A DNA stretch of 64,000 nt from Collinsella sp. (GTDB lineage Bacteria > Actinomycetota > Coriobacteriia > Coriobacteriales > Coriobacteriaceae), in assembly GCA_048342015.1 (NCBI GenBank), contig DBGDFS010000030.1, positions 3,709-67,708 of the forward strand, read 5' to 3'. Under the pieces are notes generated by a model. The model saw only the letters and a list, made by a program, of their open reading frames with translations. It made no database searches and was not told the DNA's origin. Shown in pieces: positions 47,331 to 57,116 of the stretch; position 1 is the stretch's first letter, and every line of letters begins with the position of its first letter. The translations under genes were made by a program, and so were the position numbers.

Positions 47331-47587
47331 TGGTTGAGCATAAGTCAGCGAAAACGCCCCTAAGCGAGCAAGGTGACGTGAAAGAGGAGGGAAGCGTACT
47401 TCGGTACGCGACCGACGGTTGAACGTCAGATTGCCGCTTAGGGGCGTTTGCAGCGTCGACCGGTCCGTCGTTCGTTAGAACGACGGAACAAAAACTTCTG
47501 ATCATGCCGCCGAAGTTGAAAGGCAGATTGCCGCTCTGGCGGGCTTGCAGCGTCGAGCCGTTACGCGGTTTGGTAAAGCCGCGTAAC
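47331..47587. repeat. Repeat family B: one full and one half copy plus small hairpins
   Basis: 47346-47460 closely matches 24525-24638 and 60538-60651; 47515-47587 matches the right half of the 24525 copy. Confidence 0.85.
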
Positions 47588-48307
47588 TTACATGACCATA
47601 ACGTAGCGCGATCCCACGTAGTACTGCTTACCCATCAAAACCGGCTCGTCATCGGGACCGGTAAAGCCGGCACGCAGGTTGAGCAGCGGATCGTGCGGAG
47701 CAATGCCCAACTCGGCCGCCTGCTCGGCATTGGCGCGAACGGCCTCGACCGTACGGTAGCCAACCGAGACAATCGGCGTTCCGCCAACACGTTCGACCTC
47801 GGCAAAAATCGACTTGTCCTCAAGATCGGTCGTCAACAGCTCACGGTAGGCGTCAAACGGCACAAAGATGTTCTCCTCAAAGATGGGCTCGCCGTCGGCC
47901 GTACGCACGCGCTTGATATGCAGCAGCAGCGCATCCTTCTGCAGGCCAAAGAACTCCATCTCGTTTTGGCGCGCCGGCACAATCTGGCGATCGACCACAT
48001 GTGCACCGGCCTTCATGCCGTTGTTGGCACACAGCGCGGTAAACGTCTGCAGCGTCGAGGCGTGGAACTGGCGATTGATGTGCGGCGTGGAAACAAAGGT
48101 GCCGCGGCCCTGCTGCTTAACCAGGTAGCCATCGGAGCACAGCTCCTCGACGGCGCGGCGCACCGTGATGCGGCTCACCTCGTACTGCTCGGCTAGCTCA
48201 AGCTCGGACGGAATACGCTCCTTGGGTGCATAAACACCTTTCTCGATCGCATCCTTGATTTCGTCATAAATCTGCTGGTAAAGCGGTGCATTTTTGGGTG
48301 TAGGCAT
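47588..48307 (-). CDS. GntR (HutC/UTRA) family regulator
   Basis: PLYQQI, IPSELEL, SRITVRRA, QGRGTFV; paralogous to 44451-45206. Confidence 0.9.
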   Translation of the reverse strand: MPTPKNAPLYQQIYDEIKDAIEKGVYAPKERIPSELELAEQYEVSRITVRRAVEELCSDGYLVKQQGRGTFVSTPHINRQFHASTLQTFTALCANNGMKAGAHVVDRQIVPARQNEMEFFGLQKDALLLHIKRVRTADGEPIFEENIFVPFDAYRELLTTDLEDKSIFAEVERVGGTPIVSVGYRTVEAVRANAEQAAELGIAPHDPLLNLRAGFTGPDDEPVLMGKQYYVGSRYVMVM

Positions 48308-48399
48308 ATCTAATCACTCTTATCGAAATATCGAAATAACTAATACGTATATAACGTCTAGTTTCATGTTACCTCATAATGATAAAACGATACACCCTC

Positions 48400-48449
48400 C
48401 CTACCAAAAAGCGACAGCTTCATTTTGGTAGGTTTTATCTGGGCAAACG
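48400..48449 (-). repeat. Repeat family C
   Basis: Reverse complement CGTTTGCCCAGATAAAACCTACCAAAATGAAGCTGTCGCTTTTTGGTAGG matches 38841-38890. Confidence 0.8.
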
Positions 48450-48527
48450 AAGGCCTCCCGAAAGCAGCGAGGCTTTCGGGAGGCTCAAGCGGACAGGATT
48501 GCGCCGTGCCGGCAAAATACCAACACT

Positions 48528-49535
48528 CTACCTGCCGTCGTCCTGCTGCAGGCTGTCCTGCTCGCTGAGGCACGCCTGTCTGCTGGCCATACGCGCGGGC
48601 TTGTCGGGATCGGGTACGGCCGTGGGCATGGGCTCGTCGACATGACCGCCCCACCAGCCGCCCACAAAGTTGAGCGTGTGGAACACGTTGATCACGGCAC
48701 CGGGATCAATGTCGCACACCAGCTTGATAATGTCCTGGCTCTCGTAGGTCGAGACAACGGCGTGCAACAGGTACATCTTTTCACGGCTGTATCCGCCGAT
48801 GACCTCGGCGCAACTAATGCCGTGCTGAAAATGGTCAACATAGGCGGTCATGACCTCGTCTGCCTTGCGCGTCGTGATCTGCAGCGTCACGCGGTCGTAG
48901 CGATGATAGAAGCTGTCGATGGTCTTGGTCGAAATAAACTGGAAGACGATGGAATACGCCGCCTTGTCCCAGCCAAACATAAAACCAAAGATCGCCAGGA
49001 TAAAGCAGTTGAAACCAAAGATGACGCCCCAGATGGTCTTGCCCGTGTGGTTGGAAACCCACAGCGCGATAAAGTCGGTGCCGCCGGTCGAGGCGCCGGC
49101 CTTAAGCGCGATGGCAACGCCCATGCCCGAGACCACGCCGCCAAAGATGATAAGCATGATCTTGTCGCCCAAAAACGGCGCAAAGTGAAAGACATTGAGA
49201 AACAGCGACGACAGCGCTACCTGCATCATCGAGAAAATGACGAAGCGCTTGCTAATGCCGCTCCAGCACAGTAGCGCCACGGGAATGTTGAGCGCAAGCA
49301 TGCCGAGCGAGATGTCGATGTGAACGCCGCCCAGCGAGGTAACGCGATCGAGCAGGACCGCGACGCCGGTGAGACCGCTCGGAAGCAGGTCGGCGGGCTG
49401 AATGAACGCCTGGATTAGGAATGTCTGGAGGACGGCAGAAATTGTGACCGCCACGGCGGTAATGGCACGGCGGACGATGGTGAGGCGGCCGAGCACGAGC
49501 ACGCGGTCCGTGAGCTGATCGATGGCGTTCGCCAC
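48528..49535 (-). CDS. YitT family membrane protein
   Basis: SGLTGVA, LNIP, ASTGGTD, DPGAVI C-terminal domain; GTG start after AAAGGAG. Confidence 0.85.
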   Translation of the reverse strand: MANAIDQLTDRVLVLGRLTIVRRAITAVAVTISAVLQTFLIQAFIQPADLLPSGLTGVAVLLDRVTSLGGVHIDISLGMLALNIPVALLCWSGISKRFVIFSMMQVALSSLFLNVFHFAPFLGDKIMLIIFGGVVSGMGVAIALKAGASTGGTDFIALWVSNHTGKTIWGVIFGFNCFILAIFGFMFGWDKAAYSIVFQFISTKTIDSFYHRYDRVTLQITTRKADEVMTAYVDHFQHGISCAEVIGGYSREKMYLLHAVVSTYESQDIIKLVCDIDPGAVINVFHTLNFVGGWWGGHVDEPMPTAVPDPDKPARMASRQACLSEQDSLQQDDGR

Positions 49536-49674
49536 GGAGGCTCCTTTCGAAGGCAGATATAGTTGTGGGGGATGCCCGCGATTGTAGCATGGAGCGTGCG
49601 GGGGGCGCTTCAATTCACCCTCTCTCGACAACCAAAGCGGGACCAGCAACCCCACGACCAAAGGCCCAAATTAC

Positions 49675-49793
49675 AAGTGAGTAGACTTTACGCGACCTGA
49701 AAAGCACACCCAAAACCGCCACCCCTGTGACCTGCGGTTTTACTAGAGCAGATGCGCTTTGTGCTCGTCCTGCACCAAAAAGTCTACTCACTT
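49675..49793. repeat. 15 bp perfect inverted repeat with ~89 bp spacer
   Basis: AAGTGAGTAGACTTT ... AAAGTCTACTCACTT. Confidence 0.75.
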
Positions 49794-49890
49794 AGTCCGA
49801 ATCGAAGCCAAACGGATCCAAATAGATGACAAATTAAGCCAATCCGCAGCAAAAGACGCGTGAATCAGTGCTTCTCGCGGCGGATTGACG

Positions 49891-50526
49891 CTACAAAGCG
49901 GCCAAAATGTCAGTCAGATTATCGATAACGGCATCGGCTCGCGATTGATCTAGGTTGACACCCTCGTGCGGACGCAGCGCCAGGACGCGAGCACCGGAGC
50001 GCTTGCCTGCCTCGATACCCAAGGGCGAGTCCTCGATGACCAGGCACTCGGCCGGCTCCACGCCCAGCGTCTCCATGGCGCGCAGGTAGATCTCGGGGTC
50101 GGGCTTAAACGCGCTGCACTCGTGGCCGCTGATGGTGTAGTCCAGCACGTCGGCGATACCGGCGATCTCCACCAGCTCGTCAATCAGCTCGCGATAGGAC
50201 GAGCTCGCGATGGCACACTTCACGCCGCGCTCGTGCAGTTCGCGCATCACCGGCTCTGTCTGCTCGTTGAGTAGCTCGGCATACGGAACGGGGTGGTCCG
50301 GGCTGTAGACCTGTTTGTACTCCACGCGCAGGCGCTCGCGCAGCTCAATATCGTCGGGCACCAGCGCCTCCCAAATGGCGGGCTCGTTAGACCCCGAAAG
50401 ATCGGGGATCTCGTCAAAGTGGAAGCCCTTCTCCTCCATAAACGCCACGCGGCGACGGTTGTAGAACCACTCGGTATCGACCAGCACGCCGTCCATATCA
50501 AACAGCACTGCCTTGATCATACGCAT
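49891..50526 (-). CDS. HAD family phosphatase (beta-PGM-like)
   Basis: FDMDGVLVD, ASSS, KPDP, IEDS. Confidence 0.9.
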   Translation of the reverse strand: MRMIKAVLFDMDGVLVDTEWFYNRRRVAFMEEKGFHFDEIPDLSGSNEPAIWEALVPDDIELRERLRVEYKQVYSPDHPVPYAELLNEQTEPVMRELHERGVKCAIASSSYRELIDELVEIAGIADVLDYTISGHECSAFKPDPEIYLRAMETLGVEPAECLVIEDSPLGIEAGKRSGARVLALRPHEGVNLDQSRADAVIDNLTDILAAL

Positions 50527-50540
50527 CTCCTCTCAAGAGC

Positions 50541-50575
50541 AAAAAAGGGGACGGGGCGCAAACCCCATCCCCTCT
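50541..50575 (-). terminator. Intrinsic terminator after PTS-deglycase operon
   Basis: AGGGGATGGGG/CCCCGTCCCCT stem and T-tract on minus strand. Confidence 0.7.
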
Positions 50576-50606
50576 CAATCAACCCGTAAGGTTTACTTAC
50601 TTGTGA

Positions 50607-51590
50607 TTAGTAGGAAAGCTTCCACATGTAGCGACGCATGGTCAGCGGGTGCTGACGGGCCTCGGCGATCTGGTTGCCGTACTCGCGCATAACGGCGAGG
50701 TGCAGCAGCGGGTTGAAGTAGGTGATGACGCTCGCCGGCACGGCGTCGGCCAGACCGTAGTCCTTGGAGTCGATCAGAGCGACCTTGGCGCCCATGCGCT
50801 CAAGGAAGGTGAGGGCGCGGGCGTCCATCGGACGGGTAGCACCATCGGACATGAAGAAGACGTAGGGCTTACCCTCGGTGGAAACCTCGAACGGGCCGTG
50901 GAAGTACTCGCCGGTGTTGTAGGCGGCGGCGTCGATCCACTGCATCTCGGTGAACAGGAAGGCGGCGTGAGAATAAGCCATCTTCTCGGAGGCACCGGAA
51001 GCCATGAAGTAGATCATCTTGTCGTCCTTGAAGTCCTCAGCGAACTTCTTGGCGAGCTTGGTGCAGTGCTGAGCGGCGTTCTCGCACAGGTCGAAGATGT
51101 TGGTGAGGCCGGTGATCATATCCTCGTAGTGATCATAGCCCTCGGTCTGCTGAAGGATCTCGAGAGCAAGAGCGATGGCGTAGCCAGGCTTCTCGGCCTT
51201 AGCGGCATAGTTGGCGTGGAAGCCGTGGACGATGACGTGGTCGGCGTCGACGGTCAGAGCGGAGCCAGCCTTGTTGGTGAGGGAGACGACCGGGCAGTTG
51301 TGCTTCTTGGCGGTCTTGTTGGCCTCGACGGTCTCGGGCGTGGAGCCACCGAGGGAGCAGGTGATCACGAAGGTGTGCTCGTTGACCCAGGAAGGCGTGT
51401 CGTAGTTGAACTCGTTAGCGGTGAAGATCTGAACGTTCAGCTTGTCCGTGTTGTTGGCCAGGAAGTACTTGGCGGGGTACAGGTCGGACATGGAGGCACC
51501 GCAGCCGACGAAGGCAACGCTGTGGATCTCGTGGTTGGACAGGACGTCAGCGACGATCTGCTTAGGGAGGTTAAGGTCGATCTCGTACAT
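50607..51590 (-). CDS. FrlB-like SIS-domain deglycase (copy 2)
   Basis: GCGAS, TANEF, FTEMQW, GEYFHGPFE, RRYMWK. Confidence 0.85.
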   Translation of the reverse strand: MYEIDLNLPKQIVADVLSNHEIHSVAFVGCGASMSDLYPAKYFLANNTDKLNVQIFTANEFNYDTPSWVNEHTFVITCSLGGSTPETVEANKTAKKHNCPVVSLTNKAGSALTVDADHVIVHGFHANYAAKAEKPGYAIALALEILQQTEGYDHYEDMITGLTNIFDLCENAAQHCTKLAKKFAEDFKDDKMIYFMASGASEKMAYSHAAFLFTEMQWIDAAAYNTGEYFHGPFEVSTEGKPYVFFMSDGATRPMDARALTFLERMGAKVALIDSKDYGLADAVPASVITYFNPLLHLAVMREYGNQIAEARQHPLTMRRYMWKLSY

Positions 51591-51789
51591 CTGACACATT
51601 CCTTTCGATTTTTGCGGCGCCACATTGCCGGGCGCTCGCAGGGTTACCGTGATTTGGACCGAGTCGCCGGCCCGTTGAGGATGCGACAAAGGGACTGTCC
51701 CATTGTCGCATTTTGGGGATGGAAGCCTGCCTGGGGTATGGGATGCCAGGCAGGCCCCCGGGGGAAAGCGGTTAGACGCTTGGTCGCGA

Positions 51790-52623
51790 CTAGGCCAGGA
51801 TGCCGGCCGCGGAGAGGGCGATGCCGCCCACGATGGCGATCACGAGAAGCCAACCGGTGTTGACGTTCTTCTTGATGAGCCAGTACATAAGGCCGGTGAG
51901 GCCAAGGGAGATCATCTGGGGCATCATGCCGTCCAGGATGTCCTGGATAACGACGGTGCCCTCAGCGAACTGCAGCGGGGTGGTGGCGCCGATCAGCGTG
52001 GCGATCATGCCGCCCACGGACATAAGACCCACGATGCCGCAGACATACATGAGCTTCTCCATGAGGTCGCCGCCCTGGAGCTTGCTCAGGTACTGGTGGC
52101 CGCCCTGATAACCCATCTTGGCAGCGAACCAAGTGATCAGCACGGAGGGGACGATGGAGATGAGCATGGCCAGGATCGGGCCCATGATGGAGCCCTGCTG
52201 AGCCAGCTGAACGCCCAGACCAAAGGCGATGACGCGGATGGTGCCCTGGAAGAAGGAGTCACCGATACCGGAAAGCGGGCCCATGAGGGAGGTCTTGACC
52301 GCATTGATCGAATCGGGGTCGAAGTTCTCGGGATCCTTGGCGTACTCCTCCTCCATGGAAGCGGAGAGGCCCAGGATGAAGGCGCTCGTCTGCGGGGTGC
52401 AGTTGTAGAACGCCATGTGACGGTGGTAGGCCTCTTTCTTAGCAGCGAGCTGCTTGGGGTCGGACTCATCCGGATAGAGGCGGTCGAGCGTGGGAACCAT
52501 GCCGTAGAGGAAGCCCATGTTCATCTGACGCTCGTAGTTCCAAGAGGCCTGGATGGCCCAGGAGCGCCAGAAGAACTGGCTGACCTTCTTGTTCAGGGAC
52601 ACGTCCTTGGTTGCGGTTGCCAT
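51790..52623 (-). CDS. PTS mannose/fructose/sorbose family EIID
   Basis: QASWNYERQM, HMAFYNCTP, KTSLMGPLSGIGDS. Confidence 0.93.
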   Translation of the reverse strand: MATATKDVSLNKKVSQFFWRSWAIQASWNYERQMNMGFLYGMVPTLDRLYPDESDPKQLAAKKEAYHRHMAFYNCTPQTSAFILGLSASMEEEYAKDPENFDPDSINAVKTSLMGPLSGIGDSFFQGTIRVIAFGLGVQLAQQGSIMGPILAMLISIVPSVLITWFAAKMGYQGGHQYLSKLQGGDLMEKLMYVCGIVGLMSVGGMIATLIGATTPLQFAEGTVVIQDILDGMMPQMISLGLTGLMYWLIKKNVNTGWLLVIAIVGGIALSAAGILA

Positions 52624-52636
52624 AGTGTGTTCCTCC

Positions 52637-53431
52637 TTAGTCTTCGTCGTCTTCGAGCGGATCGTAGTCGGAATCGACACCGGCAGCTGCATGGGAACCG
52701 TTGAACTTGAAGCCCATGAAGACGATAGCCAGGCACACACCGATCAGAGCGACCGCGATGACGGACAGGTTGAGGTAGGCGGCGAGCAGGAAACCGATGA
52801 ACAGGAACGGGGTCATGCCCTTCTTGATCATCATGGTGAGCAGCAGGGCCAAGCCGTAGGCGGTCATGATCTTGGTCGAGACGTTCAGACCAACGGACAG
52901 CCACTCGGGAACCATGTTGACGATGGCCTGGACCAGGTCGGTACCGACAAAGACGGCCAGGAAGATCGGCAGGAAGTACATGATGGCGTACAGACCGGAG
53001 CCGGCGCAGATGTGCATGCGGTAGGCGGTCTTGAACTTGCCGTTATCGATCGCGCTATCGGCCACGTGGGTGAGAGCGGCGATGATGGAACGGAAGACAA
53101 TGCCGAGGAGCTGACCCAGAACGGCGACCGGGATGGCGATCGTCATGGCGGTCTCGGCGGAAGCATCGGTCAGGCATGCGAAGGCAGCGGCCACGATGCC
53201 ACCCAGGACCATATCGGGCGGAACGGCTGCGCCGACCTGCACCAGGCCCATGGACACGAGCTCGACGGCGGCACCGACGGCGAGGCCGGTGGGCACATCG
53301 CCCAGCAGCAGACCGACGAGCGTAGCGCCAACGAGGGGCTGCTCGAAGTTAAGACGACCGAGCAGGCGGGAGTCCCACATGCAGAACACGCCGACGAGGC
53401 CGACGAGCACCGCACTGATGAACGTATTCAT
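52637..53431 (-). CDS. PTS mannose/fructose/sorbose family EIIC
   Basis: QPLVGATLVGLLLGD..TGLAVGA..EL, VGAAVPPD. Confidence 0.93.
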   Translation of the reverse strand: MNTFISAVLVGLVGVFCMWDSRLLGRLNFEQPLVGATLVGLLLGDVPTGLAVGAAVELVSMGLVQVGAAVPPDMVLGGIVAAAFACLTDASAETAMTIAIPVAVLGQLLGIVFRSIIAALTHVADSAIDNGKFKTAYRMHICAGSGLYAIMYFLPIFLAVFVGTDLVQAIVNMVPEWLSVGLNVSTKIMTAYGLALLLTMMIKKGMTPFLFIGFLLAAYLNLSVIAVALIGVCLAIVFMGFKFNGSHAAAGVDSDYDPLEDDED

Positions 53432-53467
53432 ACCCTTCTCCTTTCAGTCAGGCAAAAGCCTGGTTGA

Positions 53468-54394
53468 TTACAGCTTGGCGTCGATGTCGACGCTCTGATA
53501 CGTGGGGGTCTGCTGGACGTAGAGCTTGATGCCCATGTCGAGCAGCTGGTTGACGTCGGCCTTCTGGGTGGCGTCGAAGAAGACGGAGCTGTCCTTGCCG
53601 CCGACCTGATCGGCGCCGTCATGGTTGGCGGTGGCGCCCAGGTTGATGGCATCGAGCTTGTAGCCCTGGCAGAACTGCAGCATCTCGGCGGTGTTGCCGA
53701 AGACGAACATGACGCGCTCACCGAGGGTGTTGAGCTTGTCCATCTTGGCGAGGGCACGCTCGACGGTGAAGACGTTCAGGCGCACGCCCTGGGGCTTGGC
53801 CAGCTTAAGAGCGCCCTTCTTAATCTCATCGTTGGCGGCAGCGTTGTCGACGACGATGATGCGCTCGGCCTGGACCTTGGTGGTCCAGGTAAAGACGACC
53901 TGGCCGTGCAGCAGACGGTAGTCAAGACGTGCGAGGACGATCTTGGCGGGACCGGCGTTGTGACGGGCGGCCTTGGCCTTCTTGGCGGGGGCTGCGGGAG
54001 CAACCTCGACCGGGGCGTTGGGGTTGGTCAGACCGGTGCGGGCCTCGTTGATGAGGGCCGCGAGCTCGGCGCCCTTGACGGGGGCGGGGCTCAGAGCGAG
54101 CGTGAGCGCCAGCGGGATGTTGAAACCGCTGACAACCGTGAACTTCGTGCCGTTCTTGGAAAGCTCGACCATGTTGTTGTTGACCGAGCTACCGAGCATA
54201 TCGGTTAGCACATACACGGTGTCGTCCGCGTTGAACGTGGCGATCAGGGCGTCCACCTTATTGGTGATGGGCTCCTTGTCGTCACGAGCAAGCGACACGA
54301 CGTGGACGTTCGACACGTCGCCGAGAACCATCTCGAGCGTGTCTTTGGCGCCTGCGGCCAGGCCACCATGAGATGCGAGAATGATCTGATTCAT
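53468..54394 (-). CDS. PTS mannose family EIIAB fusion
   Basis: ILASHG, TDMLGSSV (IIA); Ala/Pro/Lys linker; RLDYRLLHGQV (IIB). Confidence 0.92.
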   Translation of the reverse strand: MNQIILASHGGLAAGAKDTLEMVLGDVSNVHVVSLARDDKEPITNKVDALIATFNADDTVYVLTDMLGSSVNNNMVELSKNGTKFTVVSGFNIPLALTLALSPAPVKGAELAALINEARTGLTNPNAPVEVAPAAPAKKAKAARHNAGPAKIVLARLDYRLLHGQVVFTWTTKVQAERIIVVDNAAANDEIKKGALKLAKPQGVRLNVFTVERALAKMDKLNTLGERVMFVFGNTAEMLQFCQGYKLDAINLGATANHDGADQVGGKDSSVFFDATQKADVNQLLDMGIKLYVQQTPTYQSVDIDAKL

Positions 54395-54576
54395 CTTGCC
54401 TCCTCCTTTTCGTTATGGTCATTATAACGTCTTATACGTTGCTTATATTGCTAATTAGTATAAAGACCGTTCACGGGTGAAAATCGACCGTTGACGGGTT
54501 TAACGTACTCGAAACGTTGGTGCGGGGTGGGCCGGCGCTGGCTGAAAACCGCAGCTCAGGCGCTATACCACGCCCC

Positions 54577-55695
54577 CTATCGCACGAAATACCAGGGGCT
54601 TTCCTGAACGGTTGGCTCCAGCGCGATACCCGTGCGCTCGCGGAACAGATCCATGTCCTGCGATTTCTCCGTCCACCACGCGTTGGGCTTAAAGGTCATG
54701 CTCTCAATGACATGGCCGACAAACACACTGTTGCGCAGCTTGGAGAAGTTGGTGTTCATAATCAGGATGGACGCGAGCACCAGCACAATGCCCAGGACCT
54801 TGATCGCGCCGGCGGACTCGGCATAGATACCAATGCCGACCAGAACGGTCGCCACGGTTTCGAACGAAGCCACGACCGGCACCTTCGACGTCTCAATATC
54901 CATCGAAAGGCCCTGCATATAGAAGATGTACGCAAGAGCCGTCGGAATAAAGCCAAAGCCCGCGAACAGCAGAATGAGCTGCGGGGACATTGCCGCGGCC
55001 ATATCGGACCACGGAGCCGAAAGCACTGCCATAAAGCATCCGCCAAAGACAAAGCCCCAAAACGTCACCGCCAGCGGATGCAGCGTCTTGGTGGCCATGC
55101 GGCTAAACACCGCCAGCAGCGCACCGCAAAGTCCGGCGATCACACCCGACGCGACGCCCCAGGCCGAGAAATGGAAACCGGACAGGTCGCCGCTCGTCAC
55201 CGCGAGCACACAACCCACAATGTTAAAGACGATGGCGACGAGCTTGTTGGGGGTCACGTCCTCGCGATAAAGCACGCGGCCGAACATGACGCCAAACACC
55301 GGCGAGGTGTAGAGCAGCACCGAGGCCGTGGACATGCCCACCTCGCCCATGCACTCGTAATAGCAGGTGTTGGCGACGGCTAAACCGACGATACCGACAA
55401 GCGCGCAGGGAACGAGCTCTTTAGGGCTTGCCTTGAACAGCGTCATGGGACCCAAGGCCTTTCCCTCACGAGCACCTCCCTGGCAACCCATAAATGCCAA
55501 GACCGGAGCCATCAAGACGGCACCCGACAACAGGCGAAAGGCCGCCATGCTCTGAGACGAAACGCCCAGGGCCGATATTCCGTTAACAAAGATTCCGATG
55601 GTGCCCCACATTAGCGCGGCGATCAGCACCAGCACATAGCCCAGATTGCTCCTCTTCAACGCAGCCTCCTCGGTATTGTTTCCAATATGTTTCAT
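54577..55695 (-). CDS. DMT/EamA family transporter
   Basis: LMWGTIG, VLLYTSP, multi-TM, with soluble C-terminal extension. Confidence 0.83.
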   Translation of the reverse strand: MKHIGNNTEEAALKRSNLGYVLVLIAALMWGTIGIFVNGISALGVSSQSMAAFRLLSGAVLMAPVLAFMGCQGGAREGKALGPMTLFKASPKELVPCALVGIVGLAVANTCYYECMGEVGMSTASVLLYTSPVFGVMFGRVLYREDVTPNKLVAIVFNIVGCVLAVTSGDLSGFHFSAWGVASGVIAGLCGALLAVFSRMATKTLHPLAVTFWGFVFGGCFMAVLSAPWSDMAAAMSPQLILLFAGFGFIPTALAYIFYMQGLSMDIETSKVPVVASFETVATVLVGIGIYAESAGAIKVLGIVLVLASILIMNTNFSKLRNSVFVGHVIESMTFKPNAWWTEKSQDMDLFRERTGIALEPTVQESPWYFVR

Positions 55696-55815
55696 GCTAC
55701 GTTATAGTCGTTATATACATTTATCAAGACTGAAATCGGCGAACGGGTAACTTTTGAAACAAGGAGTGCCCCCAACTGCCGGCAGAAAGGGAACGTCCCC
55801 AAGTGCCGCTCTAGC

Positions 55816-55882
55816 AGTTGCGGTGAAATAGTTCTCAAACAGAGGTTTCACGCCCCCAAACAGGAACTATTCCACCGCAACT
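55816..55882. repeat. 19 bp inverted repeat (one mismatch) with 29 bp spacer
   Basis: AGTTGCGGTGAAATAGTTC ... GAACTATTCCACCGCAACT. Confidence 0.7.
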
Positions 55883-55918
55883 TATGAGGGGTATTGGGCT
55901 GTTAGGCCACTCTATCCC

Positions 55919-56911
55919 TTAGTAGTCAAGCTTCCACATGTAGCGGCGCGTCATGTAGTCCTTGTGGGTGACGGCAGAGAGCGCGCGCATGTACACGTTG
56001 TTGAGGATCGGGGCAAAGATCAGGTGGTTGAAGTATTCGCTCACGCTGTCCTTGATGTCGTTGAGGCCGAGCTCCTTGGCGTCGAGCTGATAGACGCGCT
56101 CGCCACCGTACTGGTTGACGAAGCGGATGCCGCGCTCGTCGTTGCAGCGGCTGCGGCCGACGCTGATGAGCTGGAACAGCGAAGTGCGCTTGTCCAGGAT
56201 CTCGAAGGGACCGTGGAAGAAGTCGCAGGTGTTGATGGTGCAGGAGTCGATCTGCAGCATCTCCTGCACGTTGCAGATGCTAAAGACGTAGGCGGCACCA
56301 AAGAGCGGACCCTGAGCCATCACGTTGATGCAGGGCTTGTCGGCGTTCTGCTCGGCCCACTTGACAGCGAGCGGACGGGTGTACTCGACGGCCTTGCGAT
56401 AGATGGGGTCGACCAGGTCGAACGCGGCCATAGCGGTCTCGTACTCGGCATAGCCCTCGGTCTGCTGCGTGAGCTCCATGGCGATCATGGTCACGACGGC
56501 GGAGTTGGTACGGCCCATGCAGGACTCGTCGACGGCCAGGCTGTCATACTGGATCTTGTAGTCGCAGACCTCGGTGAGGCCGGACTCATCGACATAGATT
56601 GCGATGGTGCTGGCGCCGTGGTCCTTGGCGACCTGGGCGGCGACAATGGTCTCCTTGGTGCCGCGCATGGACACGACGACGGCCAGGGTGTTCTCGTTAA
56701 CGTAGGCAGGAGTTGCGTGCACGAACTCGTTGCTGGTGTAGCTAGAGCTCACGACCTGCGTGGCCTCGTGCTCCATAAAGTACTGGGCAGGATAGTTGCC
56801 GCCGTTGGAGCCGCCGGCACCGATCCACACGACGCGCTTGATGCCGCCCTTGTCCGCCTTGTCAGCCAAAACCTGGGAGACGACGTCCTTGACCTGTTCC
56901 TGAGTAGTCAT
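55919..56911 (-). CDS. FrlB-like SIS-domain deglycase (copy 3, most divergent)
   Basis: GAGGS, TSNEF, CNVQEML, DFFHGPFE, RRYMWK. Confidence 0.83.
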   Translation of the reverse strand: MTTQEQVKDVVSQVLADKADKGGIKRVVWIGAGGSNGGNYPAQYFMEHEATQVVSSSYTSNEFVHATPAYVNENTLAVVVSMRGTKETIVAAQVAKDHGASTIAIYVDESGLTEVCDYKIQYDSLAVDESCMGRTNSAVVTMIAMELTQQTEGYAEYETAMAAFDLVDPIYRKAVEYTRPLAVKWAEQNADKPCINVMAQGPLFGAAYVFSICNVQEMLQIDSCTINTCDFFHGPFEILDKRTSLFQLISVGRSRCNDERGIRFVNQYGGERVYQLDAKELGLNDIKDSVSEYFNHLIFAPILNNVYMRALSAVTHKDYMTRRYMWKLDY

Positions 56912-57116
56912 CGTGCATCAGCCTTTCTTCTCGTTTGATGCTCTCGATGGCATACAAGTTACATACATGTTTTGGTTATGTCGACTAGTTGTATGCTATA
57001 TTATTCTTAGAATTTTTACTGGTAAGGTTTTCGGTAATCAATTACCAGCGGTTTTGTTGTCATATTGGATACATGCTTTGTTCGGTAAGCATATAAGTTA
57101 GATACAGGTTGATCGA

